Below are positions 49,133-57,799 of a DNA stretch of 64,000 nucleotides, in pieces (position 1 is the first letter of the stretch; every line of letters begins with the position of its first letter). The translations under genes were made by a program, and so were the position numbers. The notes beneath the pieces were generated by a model. The model made no database searches. It was not told where the DNA came from and was given only the letters and a program-made list of their open reading frames with translations. The stretch is taken from positions 1 through 64,000 of IMG/VR virus record IMGVR_UViG_3300031857_000094. One strand, written 5' to 3'. This DNA comes from a virus.

Positions 49133-50826
49133 TGGCTATTTCAAATCTAGTTACGCCAAGCGGAAATGTAAATAGACCTAGCGTCGCTGCTATGTTTGGT
49201 CAGCGCGCATCTAATGATAACTTCGCGAAAGAGTCGGATATCATTTCTGGATCGTTCGTTGCTTCTGCTGCGAACTCTATCACACAGCTCAATACTCAGT
49301 TAGCTAAACTGCAGGAAAGTTCTAAAGCAATTGTCAAGTCGATTAACGACTCGGTGAATAAGATTAAGACAGTCGACAAAGATATGTCGCAGCGTTTCAG
49401 AAAACTGAATGCTGAAATCGCTGCTTCACGTCCAGACTTTGGTAAGTTTCTTTACAAAGCTCCTCCGCTTCCATTAGCAGAAATTGCTCCAGGATCTATT
49501 CAGCAAGGGAAGTTGGCGAATACTGCTGGATTAGTTCCACCAGCACTACCAATCCCAGATATTGATCTTCCTAATAGAAAACGCACTTCAACGGGTGGTG
49601 GTAATGAACCAACAAGATCAAAAAAACCTGTTACTCAAACTGAACGTCCGCCAGTCACTAAAGCTGAACCACCAAAAGCTCCCGTTGATACGGAAAAGCC
49701 AAGAGCTCCTGTTGATACGGAAAAGCCAAGAGCTGGTGCTCCCGAATCGACTGCTAGACCATCACCAGCTCCTCCTCAAGGAGCACCAGAAAGAGCGCAG
49801 CCAGTATTAGATGAGCGAGGAAGAGGATCGCAGTATAGAGATCCACAGAGCGGTAGATTTGTAAAGGTAACTCCAGAAGAACTAGCTGCTAAACAAAGCA
49901 AACTGTCTAAGACATTAGCAGGCGGAGGAAAAGCTACAGGTATGATATTGGGGCCTGTTGCTACAGTATTTTCTGCTGTTATTGCTGGTATGGAAGCGAA
50001 AGATGAATATAAGAAGTATCAGGAAACTGGTGATAAGCAACATCTAAAAAGAGTTTATGAAGTTATCGGTGAAGAAGCTGGATCAACAGGCGGCGGATTT
50101 GCTGGCGCGATCGCAGGTGCATTCGCTGGTGGACCTATTGGTTCAATCGCAGGTGGTTTAGTTGGTCTCGTGAAAGGTGGTGATACTGGTCTCGCTGTTG
50201 GTAGAGCATTGTATGCGCACAATCACGAGGGAATGGATTTCATGCAAGCGTTAGAAATAGAAACGCTTAGACTCGCTAAAGAAAACAAAGATCGTTTAGT
50301 TGCTGGACAAAAAGAAAGAATGGAAGGTAGCACCATAGTCACTAGAGGTGCGCAACAACAGCTCAGCAGATTACAGGCAGATGCCGCAGATATCACTGCT
50401 AGATTAGACAGATCACTAGAAAATGCTGTAGGCGATTCTGCAGGATTCACAGGTGCGTCTGGTGATATTCTTCAACAAGCAACTAAACCTACAGAAGCTC
50501 CAGGTGGTGGTGAAGCTGGTGAAGAAGGTGGAGAACGCGGCACCACGTCTGCTCCTACAGGAGAAGCGACTGCTGATAAAACAGCAGTGGGTGCGCCTAC
50601 AGCAACAACGCCAACTCCTACTACACCATCAGCTCCTCCTCCGCCCCCACGACCAAATCAAGGAGCAGGTGGAGCAGATGTAGTTGTAAACAACACAACG
50701 AATACGACTGCTTCAAGTTCAGGTGGCGAAGGACAGAACGTCACTAACCCTAACATGAAACTGAATGCACATAATCCTTTCATAAAGGATTCGCTTGGTC
50801 GTCAGATGCTTCAAGAGCACAATTAA
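49132..50826 (+). CDS. Second tape-measure-like / ejected protein
   Basis: Coiled coil, glycine zipper GGFAGAIAGAFAGGPIG, C-terminal VVVNNTTN. Confidence 0.5.
   Translation: MAISNLVTPSGNVNRPSVAAMFGQRASNDNFAKESDIISGSFVASAANSITQLNTQLAKLQESSKAIVKSINDSVNKIKTVDKDMSQRFRKLNAEIAASRPDFGKFLYKAPPLPLAEIAPGSIQQGKLANTAGLVPPALPIPDIDLPNRKRTSTGGGNEPTRSKKPVTQTERPPVTKAEPPKAPVDTEKPRAPVDTEKPRAGAPESTARPSPAPPQGAPERAQPVLDERGRGSQYRDPQSGRFVKVTPEELAAKQSKLSKTLAGGGKATGMILGPVATVFSAVIAGMEAKDEYKKYQETGDKQHLKRVYEVIGEEAGSTGGGFAGAIAGAFAGGPIGSIAGGLVGLVKGGDTGLAVGRALYAHNHEGMDFMQALEIETLRLAKENKDRLVAGQKERMEGSTIVTRGAQQQLSRLQADAADITARLDRSLENAVGDSAGFTGASGDILQQATKPTEAPGGGEAGEEGGERGTTSAPTGEATADKTAVGAPTATTPTPTTPSAPPPPPRPNQGAGGADVVVNNTTNTTASSSGGEGQNVTNPNMKLNAHNPFIKDSLGRQMLQEHN
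49678..49734. repeat. 27-nt tandem duplication (APVDTEKPR twice)
   Basis: gctcc(c/t)gttgatacggaaaagccaaga twice. Confidence 0.85.
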
Positions 50827-50850
50827 AAAAGGGGGAGCCGAAGCTCCCCC
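50825..50850 (-). terminator. Intrinsic terminator with UUCG tetraloop downstream of gp32
   Basis: Minus strand reads GGGGGAG C-TTCG-G CTCCCCC TTTTTT; at a convergent junction. Confidence 0.9.
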
Positions 50851-50886
50851 AAGTTAAATCACAGGTGAAAGGAATAAGCCCTGTGA

Positions 50887-51801
50887 TTATTCATCGTCCT
50901 CAGCCAGCTTGTTGAAGAAATCCAAATCGTCATCTTCATCAATAGTAGGCTTCTTTGCAGGAGCAGCCGTCTTACCAACTGCTGGAGCCGCAGACGGACG
51001 CGGAGCAGGACGCTCAAAAGGGATATCGTCATCCTCACTCTTACGAGCAGCGCCGTTTGGTTCAGACAGAACCTTTTCCAAACGCTTCTTGAGTTCATCA
51101 TAGCTCTTGAACTTATCAGCAGCTACGAGTTCAGCAAGTGAAAACTGCGTCTTCCAGATTGCTTCCATATCATCATCGTCATCGAGCAGCGGAGCTGGTT
51201 CATCGAACTCAGACTTGTCGTAGTTACGATAGCCTTCAACCTTACGAATCTTCAGCTTGAAGTTAGCGCCAGCCCACAGATCGAATGGATTCGTCGGCTT
51301 TTCGTCTTCGAACTCAGGATTCATCTTCTCGTTGATCTTGTCGAAGATCTTCTTACCAAACTTGTAAAGGAAAACCTTTCCTTCGTTCTCAGGATGAGCG
51401 GGATCCTTGACAACATAGATGTTGGCGATATAGTTCAAGCGACGCTTCTGCTTACGAGCAATCTCCTTGTCCTTGTCGTTACCTGAGTTCCAGAGCTTGG
51501 AGTTATACTCAGCGACAGGATCGGTCTGATTGAGAGTAGTCAGAGAGTTTTCGATATACCATCCGCCTGGACCTTGGAAACCATGATTCCAGATACGGAC
51601 CCACGGAAGTTCTTCGTTAACAGGTGCGGGAAGGAAGCGAATGATAGCGTATCCGTTACCAGCCTTATCAACTTCTGGCTGCCAGTAGCGATCATCAGAC
51701 GAAGATCCCTGTTCCTTGTTGGCGAGCTTGTTGATTTCTTTGGTGAGACGCTCCAGCGAAGAAGTGCGCTGACGCTTGAGGGCAGAAAATGATTCGTTCA
51801 T
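50887..51801 (-). CDS. gp32: Single-stranded DNA-binding protein
   Basis: DKAGNGYAIIRFLP, HGFQGPGGWYIENSLTT, FGKKIFDKI, acidic tail. Confidence 0.97.
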   Translation of the reverse strand: MNESFSALKRQRTSSLERLTKEINKLANKEQGSSSDDRYWQPEVDKAGNGYAIIRFLPAPVNEELPWVRIWNHGFQGPGGWYIENSLTTLNQTDPVAEYNSKLWNSGNDKDKEIARKQKRRLNYIANIYVVKDPAHPENEGKVFLYKFGKKIFDKINEKMNPEFEDEKPTNPFDLWAGANFKLKIRKVEGYRNYDKSEFDEPAPLLDDDDDMEAIWKTQFSLAELVAADKFKSYDELKKRLEKVLSEPNGAARKSEDDDIPFERPAPRPSAAPAVGKTAAPAKKPTIDEDDDLDFFNKLAEDDE

Positions 51802-51849
51802 GTATGTCTCCGTTGTATGTTCGGTGTGTTACGTCTTATCCACTTAATC

Positions 51850-51878
51850 ATCATATAAGTTATATAGCGTGTTGTCAA
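51850..51878 (-). promoter_or_regulatory. Sigma70-type promoter for gp32
   Basis: TTGACA (51878-73), 17 nt, TATGAT (51855-50). Confidence 0.7.
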
Positions 51879-52471
51879 GACGCAAATACATCACGCATAA
51901 CTTTTTTTATCGTAGCCTTCTCGACCTTTACGAATGGGCGATACTTACTCAGCTGACGATAGAACTCAGGCCAGACAACTGGATCGTCGATTTCGTTGTT
52001 CCATTTGTCTAGAACATCAAATGTAATATCAAAGGCAATAACAGTTTCGGCTGCAATCTTGTTCGCCATATACATCTTCAATAATACTGGATGCGTCTTT
52101 TCAACCAGAAGAATACGGCTTACGCTGTTATTGCATTCATCAAGTAATGTTTCCAGATCTTGCTTCAGATAGTATGAAAAGGCTTCCATACGTTTCTGCC
52201 AGTTGAGATAAACTTTCTCAGACTCTGGACCATTCATTTCTCCAACCCAGCGAACTCCTGCGTTGGATACAAAGTTAGCAACGAAGAAATCTGTTAGTTC
52301 TTCATCACTGTATTTACGTTCCAACTTACGAAAGAGATACTGATCCTTTCGCTTGAGGAACGATTCCTCGCTGATCTTGCGGATCTTGCCACCATACTTC
52401 ACAAAGTCATAATCAGAAGTGAAGTGTAGCTTGAGCGCCTGATAGCGGCTGTAGGCTTTCATCCCTTCCAT
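51875..52471 (-). CDS. gp59: Helicase loader
   Basis: YQALKLHFTSDYDFVKYGGK, FFVANF, KYRPF. Confidence 0.9.
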   Translation of the reverse strand: MEGMKAYSRYQALKLHFTSDYDFVKYGGKIRKISEESFLKRKDQYLFRKLERKYSDEELTDFFVANFVSNAGVRWVGEMNGPESEKVYLNWQKRMEAFSYYLKQDLETLLDECNNSVSRILLVEKTHPVLLKMYMANKIAAETVIAFDITFDVLDKWNNEIDDPVVWPEFYRQLSKYRPFVKVEKATIKKVMRDVFAS

Positions 52472-53406
52472 TAGATGAACGCAATTTCAGATTTCCAACC
52501 GCGATCAAAGAACTTTTGATAACGCCAATACTCTGGCGTCTTATCACTATTCGGACGAAGAGTTTTGTTCTTAATAAGATTAAAAACTTCGCGGCTCATG
52601 AACATCTTATCATTCGCATAATCGTATGACACGCAGCAATGCTTGAAGTCGAAGCTGTCGATGAGTTCCTTGCGCGTATTATATTTCGTATAGATGTACT
52701 GAAGAGCAGTGCGACCAAGTGATACTGTTTTTTCGATCTTGTCGTTCTTGAAATATTCCTTATCGTTGATCTTGGTAGAAGTAGGGCTTAACGCAGATTC
52801 CTTCACTGTCAATAGATTCAACGCCAACTCATTACGAGAATTATTAAGTAGGAATATGTCGAAGTCTTTTACAACTTCATCGTTCATCATGGAAGCAAAG
52901 CAACCACCAGCAACGACAACGCCAGACATATCGAAGTCATATGTAGGCATGTGTTTATGAATATACGAACGAATAGATTTCTTCACTTCCATGATCTGAA
53001 GTTGTTCATCATCGCTAAACAGTTTCTTAGCAAGCACATCTTTCTGAGCCTGCTCCGTGTAGTATTCATCAACATATGCGGGTGCGCCCATTGCTCCACG
53101 CATCCCAATCCCACCAGCTCCTCCAGAACTGACAGAATATTGTCCTGCTCCTCCTAGAGCACTAGTATGAACTGATCCAGTCGTAGGTAACATTTGAGCA
53201 ATCGTTTCTATTATCGCCTGTCGTCTAAACGCGGGTTCCAGATATTCAATGGTCATCCTACTAACAATCTTAGATTCATTAGTAGTTCTGTTGCGAATGG
53301 CTATTGAATCTGTTGCATAGTCTACATCAAAAGATATATCGTTGATCTTGATACTCGTAACCCAGTTCAAGAACTCTGACCAGTTTTCTGAGGGTGATCC
53401 GAACAT
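52471..53406 (-). CDS. Hypothetical protein with C-terminal nucleotidyltransferase-like domain
   Basis: VVAGGCFAS..VKDFDIF and FDFKHC, resembling the Pol-beta superfamily head. Confidence 0.55.
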   Translation of the reverse strand: MFGSPSENWSEFLNWVTSIKINDISFDVDYATDSIAIRNRTTNESKIVSRMTIEYLEPAFRRQAIIETIAQMLPTTGSVHTSALGGAGQYSVSSGGAGGIGMRGAMGAPAYVDEYYTEQAQKDVLAKKLFSDDEQLQIMEVKKSIRSYIHKHMPTYDFDMSGVVVAGGCFASMMNDEVVKDFDIFLLNNSRNELALNLLTVKESALSPTSTKINDKEYFKNDKIEKTVSLGRTALQYIYTKYNTRKELIDSFDFKHCCVSYDYANDKMFMSREVFNLIKNKTLRPNSDKTPEYWRYQKFFDRGWKSEIAFI

Positions 53407-53648
53407 TAGATTGGTAACCTTGATCCAGTGCGTTTGATAAGATTGAGAGTCATAGCTTCTGACTGAAGCAGCTTACGCATGGCTGGAGTCATGAGCTTCG
53501 ATACGTTCTCGAACTCCAGTCCAGTCTTTTCACATACATCGGTAATCGCTTCAAGATAGCTCATACCCTTATCGCTGATACGTTCTTCTACCATAGACAC
53601 GAATGTATTAGAACTCATAATGCTTGCTACAGCAGCTGTCTCTGTCAT
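53406..53648 (-). CDS. gp33: Late transcription co-activator
   Basis: MSYLEAITDVCE..KLLQSEAMTLNLI; synteny with gp59 and gp32. Confidence 0.85.
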   Translation of the reverse strand: MTETAAVASIMSSNTFVSMVEERISDKGMSYLEAITDVCEKTGLEFENVSKLMTPAMRKLLQSEAMTLNLIKRTGSRLPI

Positions 53649-54172
53649 TTATCATATCCTTCATAGGGAACATTATCTAGAGCGCTGTCGATATCGACTT
53701 TGATTCTTCCAGCTTCTGCGATCTCAGCAAGAGTGCGTCCGCATCCAATACATCTTTCACCTGATTCATCGAGCTGACAAATCTTAACGCACGGTGACTT
53801 CTTAGGAACAGTGATAGGAACAGTTGCCTTACCACCGACGCTGCGGCGCACGATATCTTCGCTGATAGCTTCTGGATAATAGAGTTCTAGTGCAACACAG
53901 TCTTCAACGCAGTTGAACCAATGGAACTCGCCAGGACGGACAGTAGTAAAATCGCCTGCTCGAAGTGTAGTAATGTCGGTGAGATCATAGTTATTCTTTG
54001 CGACATGGATTTCCAACACTCCACTGATGACATAGAATCCGTTCCACTTGTGTTCATGCTTATGCTCCGAGCAGCGATAGCCAGCTTTGATATTGATCTT
54101 ATGGAGTTCGACGAGTGGCGTCTGAATAAGAACGCTCGTGTCGCCCCATACTTTTCCAGTGATATTTCCCAT
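53645..54172 (-). CDS. Cupin protein fused to a DUF1289-like Cys-rich domain
   Basis: GKVWG..CSEHKHEHKWNGFYV..PGEFHWF, then SPCVKIC..CIGCGRTLAEI. Confidence 0.7.
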   Translation of the reverse strand: MGNITGKVWGDTSVLIQTPLVELHKINIKAGYRCSEHKHEHKWNGFYVISGVLEIHVAKNNYDLTDITTLRAGDFTTVRPGEFHWFNCVEDCVALELYYPEAISEDIVRRSVGGKATVPITVPKKSPCVKICQLDESGERCIGCGRTLAEIAEAGRIKVDIDSALDNVPYEGYDK

Positions 54173-54174
54173 AA

Positions 54175-54357
54175 TTAACCTTTCGGAACACAAGCCAGTT
54201 TGTATTGATCCCACATTCCACGACCGTATTTCTTTTCTTCGATGAACTTCAGCGCATACATGCAGGATTCGTATGTATTGAACTCTTGGAACTTTACATT
54301 CTGACCGTTGCCAGCATTGCCAGAAAAGTATGTGATGACTATGAGAACGTAGATCAT
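54175..54357 (-). CDS. Hypothetical small protein
   Basis: Hydrophobic start, QEFNTYESC..ACVPK; overlaps the kdsA stop. Confidence 0.55.
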   Translation of the reverse strand: MIYVLIVITYFSGNAGNGQNVKFQEFNTYESCMYALKFIEEKKYGRGMWDQYKLACVPKG

Positions 54358-55181
54358 CGCCTTAAACTCCGTTTGGAGATATAATCCAATTCTATTAAAT
54401 CATATAGTAGTTGCTCGAAATTGTCAAGACGAACCATGTTCGGACCATCGCTTGGAGCGGATTCTGGATTCTGATGAACTTCAATGAACAGAGCAGCCAC
54501 GCCAACAGCTACAGCAGCGCGGGCCATCGTAGGCACGAACTGACGTTGTCCGCCAGAGCTTGTGCCATTACCACCAGGAAGCTGAACTGCGTGAGTGCAA
54601 TCCATGATGACACGGTCAGTATATTGCTTCATCACTTCTAGCGAACGCATATCGACCACAAGATTATTGTAGCCAAACGTTGTTCCGCGTTCAGTGAACA
54701 GATACTTATCACAGCCAAACGTTCTTAGCTTCTCAGCTACGTTTGCCATTTCCCACGGAGATAGGAACTGACCCTTCTTCACGTTGACTGGCTTACCACT
54801 CAGTGCAGCAGCTTGAATCAGGTCAGTCTGTCGGCAAAGGAACGCAGGAATCTGAATGATATCAGCTTGAACTGCTTCGCATTGCCAAGGTTCGTGAACG
54901 TCCGTGAGAACCTCGATTCCTCGAGCACGGACGGCCTCCATTCCGTAAAACGCCTCGTCGAAGCCGCCACCTCTACTACTATTCGCGGAACTTCGATTTG
55001 CTTTATCGAAAGAGGTCTTATAAATGAAGTTGATTTCTGTATCGAATCTATTACCAACGCTGAAGCAGATATCACGCAGTGCAGTAGCCATTTCCACTGC
55101 GTGATCCTTAGTTTCAAAAGCACAAGGTCCAGCGATAATGCTCAGGGGTTTATCATTCCCGCAGTTGTCATAGAAGCTCAT
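54354..55181 (-). CDS. kdsA: KDO-8-phosphate synthase
   Basis: IAGPC, SFDKANRSS, QIPAFLCRQTDL, VKKGQFLSP, TERGTTFGYNNLVVDMR, APSDGPN. Confidence 0.95.
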   Translation of the reverse strand: MSFYDNCGNDKPLSIIAGPCAFETKDHAVEMATALRDICFSVGNRFDTEINFIYKTSFDKANRSSANSSRGGGFDEAFYGMEAVRARGIEVLTDVHEPWQCEAVQADIIQIPAFLCRQTDLIQAAALSGKPVNVKKGQFLSPWEMANVAEKLRTFGCDKYLFTERGTTFGYNNLVVDMRSLEVMKQYTDRVIMDCTHAVQLPGGNGTSSGGQRQFVPTMARAAVAVGVAALFIEVHQNPESAPSDGPNMVRLDNFEQLLYDLIELDYISKRSLRR

Positions 55182-55183
55182 GA

Positions 55184-55768
55184 TTAGTCCCACAGAGAGC
55201 GATAGTACCTACCAAACAAACGAAGACCGTTTTGAATACGTTGATTGTGTGCATCTAGTGCATCTTTGTCCCAACCACTTACTTCGGCATAGAACAGATC
55301 ATAGTCGTTATCGTTCTTGAGTTGTTCGAACGTCCATACGAGTTCGTCCATCACCCAGTTATAGCGATCCTGTGCGTTCGTGTCGCTGTGACCAAAATCA
55401 GTTTCATCACCCTTACCGATGTGAGGAACGTCTTCAGCATCTGGATGAAAGAAACCGTGATTCGTGTCACGAAGCTGAACCAGCATGGGATGAATGATAA
55501 AAGCGAGCGTGTGATCCATGGACCAAGTATCGTAAGGATCAATGCGAACCTTTACATCGCGCTCACGATCGCCGATCATTTTGTTGACTGTTGCGTTTAG
55601 AACATCTTGAATGATATCGCAGATACGCTCGATGAACTTATCAGTCTTGGTGTATTCACTATCTTGAACAGACCAATATGACTTGTCGTGTTTCCACTCC
55701 ATATACTTGTCGAATAAAGTGTATGCGCTGATATGAGTTGTGCGATAAGGACCAATGTAAACTTTCAT
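55184..55768 (-). CDS. Conserved phage hypothetical protein
   Basis: MKVYIGPY start with GGAG SD; VRIDPYDTWSMDHTLA; GLRLFGRYYRSLWD. Confidence 0.75.
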   Translation of the reverse strand: MKVYIGPYRTTHISAYTLFDKYMEWKHDKSYWSVQDSEYTKTDKFIERICDIIQDVLNATVNKMIGDRERDVKVRIDPYDTWSMDHTLAFIIHPMLVQLRDTNHGFFHPDAEDVPHIGKGDETDFGHSDTNAQDRYNWVMDELVWTFEQLKNDNDYDLFYAEVSGWDKDALDAHNQRIQNGLRLFGRYYRSLWD

Positions 55769-55783
55769 AACAATCTCCAAAAA

Positions 55784-55859
55784 TGGTTCGGGGTGATGGG
55801 ATCGAACCACCAACCTACGGATTCAAAGTCCGCTGTTCTACCAATTGAACTAACCCCGA
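55784..55859 (-). tRNA. tRNA-Gln (UUG), CCA encoded
   Basis: 76-nt cloverleaf: TCGGGGT/ACCCCGA acceptor, GTTC/GAAC D stem, GCGGA-CTTTGAA-TCCGT anticodon arm, GGTGG-TTCGATC-CCATC T arm, ACCA. Confidence 0.95.
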
Positions 55860-55863
55860 ATGA

Positions 55864-56088
55864 TTACTTACCTGCGTGTTCGGTGAGAAGTTGAGTTACG
55901 TTCTTGACTGTTGGGTCGCGAATGTCGTCGATGAACTTCATAAGCTCGTCGGCTTTCTTGATAACTTCAGCTGTGGTTGGAAATGGTTTCTGCTCACCGC
56001 CGCGTTCAGCAGCGATAAGATATTCCGCATCGCACATCGACTGTGCCATTTGAAGAACGGAAAGACGGATATGCTTTTCTTCGGACAT
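55864..56088 (-). CDS. Small conserved T4-like hypothetical protein
   Basis: IRLSVLQMA..FPTTAEVIKKADELMKFI; GAGG SD. Confidence 0.7.
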   Translation of the reverse strand: MSEEKHIRLSVLQMAQSMCDAEYLIAAERGGEQKPFPTTAEVIKKADELMKFIDDIRDPTVKNVTQLLTEHAGK

Positions 56089-56109
56089 AGTGAATACCTC
56101 AATGTAGGA

Positions 56110-56382
56110 AAGTGGGGGGATTCTGTTTCCAAGCTCCCCCCGAGCTCATTCTTAGGCAGCTAGTGCGTAAGAGATAGGTGCATTATCGTTTGCATCTAAA
56201 ACGCGCTTTTGGTCTCTTCGCATCTTTACTACGCACGTCGATCCTAGTTCACCCCCATCAAAAACAGTAGCATCCAATCCTTACAGCGATGGTTCACATT
56301 GGGCTTCCTACTGCTTATGGTGGAGGCGGCGGGTACTGCCCCCGCGTCCGAAACGTTTATTCCATACGCCTCAACGACCTTA
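56110..56382 (-). ncRNA. ssrA: Circularly permuted two-piece tmRNA; tag (A)ANDNAPISYALAA
   Basis: Acceptor piece ends GCGGG-GGCAGTA-CCCGC CGCCTCC ACCA (56318); 61-nt spacer; coding piece starts GGGGGTGAACTAGGATCGAC (56256); G3.U70 pair; tag at 56193-56152; outer ends approximate. Confidence 0.92.
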
Positions 56383-56388
56383 GCATAG

Positions 56389-56422
56389 TATTTATTCTAG
56401 CTTGCTTTACTCTGATTGTCAA
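56389..56422 (-). promoter_or_regulatory. Overlapping sigma70 and late promoters for tmRNA/tRNA
   Basis: TTGACA (56422-17), 17 nt, TAGAAT (56399-94), overlapped by AATAAATA (56396-89). Confidence 0.7.
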
Positions 56423-56431
56423 GAACTCATT

Positions 56432-57799
56432 TCACAAAAAATTTTCTAGGAGTTCTACGACATCTGGAAAGGTTTCTTTCCAGTCTGTACCACGAAGTTT
56501 ATCTAGGGCGTCGCTTCGCGCGATGAAACTTTTTATATTTTGGGCGCAAACTTCTTCAGAGTCAGAATTGTATGTGTTCTTAACATAGCCCAAAGTCATG
56601 GCTTTGTGTTGCAGTTTTAGATCAGATTCTTCATATGCTTTGATTATCTTGTCTTTGGCTTTGCGTGGATACCATCTCAAATCGTAGCACTTTGGCGAGC
56701 GCAGTAATCTAAACGAAAACTTATCGAATCCAAAATTTTGGAAATGAGGAACTACTCTCATAGGAGCATACACGTCAAATATGCCTACACAAGAAGTGAT
56801 GGTACAGAACATATTAGAATGTTTCTTCAATCGAAGAATGTTTTCGTTCAGTTTTCTCCAGCTTGATGGATATCTGATTAGTTCGTATCTTTTTTCAGTA
56901 TCATCCACGCTTATACCAAATCGAACTTCTTTGAAGCGATCGAGTTTCTGTAAAATCTTGTCATTGATAACAGTTAGATTCGTGTCGTAAACCAATCGTA
57001 TCTTTTCAGCCTGACCGCATGAAATTAAACGATCTAGCATTTCTTCGTGTGCTGGTTGAAGAAATGGTTCTCCGCCAGTAATGTATACATGCAACAATCT
57101 ATTTTTAATTGTTTCGAACTGTTCCCACCAGATCGGAGAATCGTGCCATCGAACAAAATCGCTTTTGAGTTTGTTTCCTTCAGCGTGGATATGATATTCT
57201 TTAGGTCCAACCCAAAACGTATTCTTACCAGTCAAAGCAACATGATCAGAATACCACAGAGTAGAATATTGCGGCTCGCATTGAATACATTTAGAATTGC
57301 ACAGATTGGAAAAGCGAATATCGAGAGCTATCGGTAGATTGCTGATGGATCCATCAGAGTTCATGATTCTGCTTGCGTCTTCGAGGTTTACTCCGTTTTC
57401 TTGATCTTTCATGTGAGTAAACGTTCGACCTATGCGATAAGACAAACCGCCAATAGTTTCTGGTTCGAAGTATTCTTCCTGTTGCAGTTTTCTGTTGGCA
57501 TCTTCTTTATCCCAACAGACACGACACACTGGATGTCTTTTGTCTTGGGATTGGAAAAGCCTCAGTTCTTTATGAAGATCGCTGTTAAGAGCTTGTTCAA
57601 ATGTATGGGTGAGAATGTTCATCACTTCACCCGTAGATTCATCTTTACCTATTCCATGATCTTTAGTGTTATCATTTCCAGAAAAACAGCAGATCTTGAA
57701 ATTACCCGAGGGATTGATTTGAATTGAAGCCCACGGAAGAGCGCAAAAAGTATTCTTAGAAAACATTGCTCTTGCTTCCTTGTTCTTTCCTCCACTCAT
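56432..57799 (-). CDS. Radical SAM protein with N-terminal SPASM/twitch-like domain
   Basis: FCALPW..ICC..CRVCW; NLCNSKCIQC (CxxxCxxC); ITGGEP; YELIRYP; start may be 57766. Confidence 0.88.
   Translation of the reverse strand: MSGGKNKEARAMFSKNTFCALPWASIQINPSGNFKICCFSGNDNTKDHGIGKDESTGEVMNILTHTFEQALNSDLHKELRLFQSQDKRHPVCRVCWDKEDANRKLQQEEYFEPETIGGLSYRIGRTFTHMKDQENGVNLEDASRIMNSDGSISNLPIALDIRFSNLCNSKCIQCEPQYSTLWYSDHVALTGKNTFWVGPKEYHIHAEGNKLKSDFVRWHDSPIWWEQFETIKNRLLHVYITGGEPFLQPAHEEMLDRLISCGQAEKIRLVYDTNLTVINDKILQKLDRFKEVRFGISVDDTEKRYELIRYPSSWRKLNENILRLKKHSNMFCTITSCVGIFDVYAPMRVVPHFQNFGFDKFSFRLLRSPKCYDLRWYPRKAKDKIIKAYEESDLKLQHKAMTLGYVKNTYNSDSEEVCAQNIKSFIARSDALDKLRGTDWKETFPDVVELLENFL

Noticed and set aside
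55769-55813. N-terminal extension of ORF 55184-55813
   Set aside because: Overlaps the tRNA; the SD supports a start at 55768
56289-56588. 99-aa plus-strand ORF
   Set aside because: Antisense to the tmRNA and the radical SAM gene
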